Positions 61,963-64,000 of a stretch of 64,000 bases of DNA are shown here, piece after piece. Source of the DNA: Pseudomonas aeruginosa PAO1 (GTDB taxonomy: Bacteria > Pseudomonadota > Gammaproteobacteria > Pseudomonadales > Pseudomonadaceae). Under the pieces are notes generated by a model that was given only the letters and a program-made list of their open reading frames with translations, had not been told where the DNA came from and made no database searches. The translations under genes and the position numbers were made by a program. Numbering within the stretch: position 1 is the first letter of the stretch; the number at the start of each line of letters is the position of its first letter. The stretch is from NCBI RefSeq assembly GCF_000006765.1, contig NC_002516.2; one strand, given 5' to 3'.

Positions 61963-63089
61963 AAAGGGTTTTGATGGGGCTTATCCTATTGAGCAGCTCG
62001 AATATAACTTGGGCAGAAGCCCCCTCAAGTAAATACCAGGAGTGTCTGGGTCGAATGACCTTCGAGATACCGGAGGAGATGGAGTGGGCAACTTATGATG
62101 CCTCACGAGTCTGGCAGATATCCAAAGGGGGGGGGCATAACTTTACCGCCGAGGTGACCGCCGTAGGTGACAACGGCAGCTATGACTACGACAGTATGAT
62201 TTTTTACGTTTCCGAAAAGGTTGATAAAAATGAATTCCATAACGCCTCAAACTACATAAAAGGAACAGCAGAAATATACCAAGACCATCTTAGAGAAAAC
62301 ATAAAACTAGATAAGAAAGCAATAAGTACGCTCCAAAAAAACAAGAGCGAAGAGAAAAGTATTGAACGGATAAAAAAAGGAATCGCAGAAATGGAGGCCA
62401 AGATTCCTCTCGCCAAGATCTACGAACACGATCTCGGCATCCCCGACTCCCATATCCTTGGCAGCAAGAATATCCCCTTCCATGTCCTGCTCTGGCGCAA
62501 CCAGCGGGTCTATTACTTCACCTTCTCCAAGCCGACCGAGAACTCCGCCCAGCGCATCAAGGACCTAATCGCCCGTTTCCGCACCCGCGAGCTTTACGAA
62601 GTGCCGAACGAACCGGGCATCTGCTTCCCCTACGGCTTTATCGCCGACGACGGCAAGACCGCCTACGAATTGAAGAACAGCCTGCGTTTCACCCGCACGC
62701 CCAACGTGATCTTCAGCCTGCTCACCGCCTCGGCCAACGATCCCTGGCAGACCCGTCCCACCAGCGGCCTCTACGACAGCGACTTCCGTCCCGGCTACGA
62801 CCGGCAGAAATGGAAAAAAAGCGCGCTGCTCGACAGCCTCCACATCGGCAAGCGCCTGGCCGCCTTCGAAGGCTGGCGCCTCGACCCGCGCCCCGACTCC
62901 GGCGAACGGGAACGCGCCTGGTTCGGCCTGGCCCATACAGGCGGCACCCTCGATCCGCTGGTAGCGATCCAGGTGCAGACCTTCCAGAAAGGCACCGACG
63001 ACCTCACCGACTACACCCCGCCCCCCGAAGAAGTACTGCCCCGCCTGAAGGCCCTGAGCCAAAGCATCGAGCAGCGGCTGGCGCGCTGA
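61959..63089 (+). CDS. tli5: PldA immunity protein (Tli5; Tli4-like fold)
   Basis: Signal peptide; ATGA overlap with pldA. Confidence 0.88.
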   Translation: MKRVLMGLILLSSSNITWAEAPSSKYQECLGRMTFEIPEEMEWATYDASRVWQISKGGGHNFTAEVTAVGDNGSYDYDSMIFYVSEKVDKNEFHNASNYIKGTAEIYQDHLRENIKLDKKAISTLQKNKSEEKSIERIKKGIAEMEAKIPLAKIYEHDLGIPDSHILGSKNIPFHVLLWRNQRVYYFTFSKPTENSAQRIKDLIARFRTRELYEVPNEPGICFPYGFIADDGKTAYELKNSLRFTRTPNVIFSLLTASANDPWQTRPTSGLYDSDFRPGYDRQKWKKSALLDSLHIGKRLAAFEGWRLDPRPDSGERERAWFGLAHTGGTLDPLVAIQVQTFQKGTDDLTDYTPPPEEVLPRLKALSQSIEQRLAR

Positions 63090-63267
63090 AACCCACATCG
63101 CGGGCACTTGCACGAGCCTCCGCCATGGACCATGGGTCCTGGCGGCGCCTGCGACTGACTGGGTTGCCATGCCAAACTGCGAAGGTACGCTAGCCTTGCA
63201 GGGCAATCCCACCCGATAATAGGGGATTTTCCCCGACGACCCCGGCCCTGCAACGAATGCTTCGCGT

Positions 63268-63852
63268 ATGACTGAACTCGCCCTGATCCTGGTCAGCGCC
63301 ATCCTGGTCAACAACTTTGTCCTGGTGCAGTTCCTCGGCCTGTGCCCGTTCATGGGCGTGTCGCGGAAGATCGAGACGGCCATCGGCCTGTCCCTCGCCA
63401 CCACCTTCGTCCTGACCCTGGCGGCGATGTGCAGCCATATCCTGCAACGCTACGTGCTGCGCCCGCTGGACCTGGAGTACCTGCGCACCATCGGCTTTAT
63501 CCTGGTGATCGCGGTGGTGGTGCAGTTCACCGAGATGCTGGTGAAGAAGACCAGCCCGCTGCTGTACCGGGTGCTCGGCATCTTCCTGCCGCTGATCACC
63601 ACCAATTGCATCGTCCTCGGCGTCGCCCTGCTCAACGCCAACAAGGCTGAATACGGCTTCCTCCAGGCCACTACCCAGGGCTTCGGCGCCGGGCTGGGCT
63701 TTTCCCTGGTACTGGTGCTGTTCGCCGCCCTGCGCGAGCGCATCGCCATCGCCGACGTGCCGGCGCCGTTCCGCGGCGCGGCCATCGGCATGATCACCGC
63801 CGGCCTGATGTCGCTGGCGTTCATGGGCTTCAGCGGGTTGGTCCGGCCATGA
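63268..63852 (+). CDS. rnfA: Rnf/Rsx complex subunit A
   Basis: [27 protein letters not shown]. Confidence 0.95.
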   Translation: MTELALILVSAILVNNFVLVQFLGLCPFMGVSRKIETAIGLSLATTFVLTLAAMCSHILQRYVLRPLDLEYLRTIGFILVIAVVVQFTEMLVKKTSPLLYRVLGIFLPLITTNCIVLGVALLNANKAEYGFLQATTQGFGAGLGFSLVLVLFAALRERIAIADVPAPFRGAAIGMITAGLMSLAFMGFSGLVRP

Positions 63853-64000
63853 ACGGCGTGTTCCTGGCGATCGGCGCGCTGCTGCCGATCTGCCTGGCCG
63901 GCGGTGCGCTGCTCGGCTATGCGGCGGTGCGCTTCCGCGTCCAGGGCGATCCGGTCGCCGAGCAGGTCAACGCCCTGTTGCCGCAGACCCAGTGCGGCCA
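63849..64000 (+). CDS. rnfB: Rnf/Rsx complex subunit B (5' part; runs off the window end)
   Basis: MNGVFLAIG...[11 protein letters not shown]; ATGA overlap with rnfA. Confidence 0.9.
   Translation, partial: MNGVFLAIGALLPICLAGGALLGYAAVRFRVQGDPVAEQVNALLPQTQCG

Noticed and set aside
55939-63267. Integrative element boundaries around vgrG4b-pldA-tli5
   Set aside because: No direct repeats, integrase, transposase or tRNA target found on either flank.

Overview
High-GC Pseudomonas aeruginosa chromosome segment. Gene order and recognisable protein sequences match the PAO1 PA3435-PA3490 region (about 3.844-3.908 Mb, from memory of the rhl coordinates; not verified by alignment). Contents in order: mioC flavodoxin (partial); folM-folE-folX monapterin operon; a sulfate-starvation block (ssuEADCBF, a second sulfonate-type ABC importer, lsfA); mqoA, thiolase, two-domain PPK2, mnmC; the MarR-controlled NAGGN osmoprotectant operon; a 7TM-DISM hybrid kinase; a 115-bp REP-based tandem repeat; a Zn-dependent phospholipase C-like gene; transporters, DEAD helicase, malic enzyme, NlpC/P60, pheC; the rhlA-rhlB-rhlR-rhlI locus; dcd, apbC, metG; tse3-tsi3 and vgrG4b-pldA-tli5; start of the rnf operon. 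No IS, integrase, prophage, tRNA/rRNA or CRISPR was found. I could not support a wholly new multi-gene system. The best leads are non-coding or sub-gene signals: a nested multi-stem element containing a perfect CRP/Vfr-type palindrome before mqoA, a near-consensus Pho box before the fol cluster, stacked terminators between lsfA and the second sulfonate importer, a shared TATTC-N9-11-TATAAG motif in the sulfur promoters, a low-GC patch across the PldA/Tli5 junction with a G9 tract in tli5, and a lipoprotein-type signal on MqoA.
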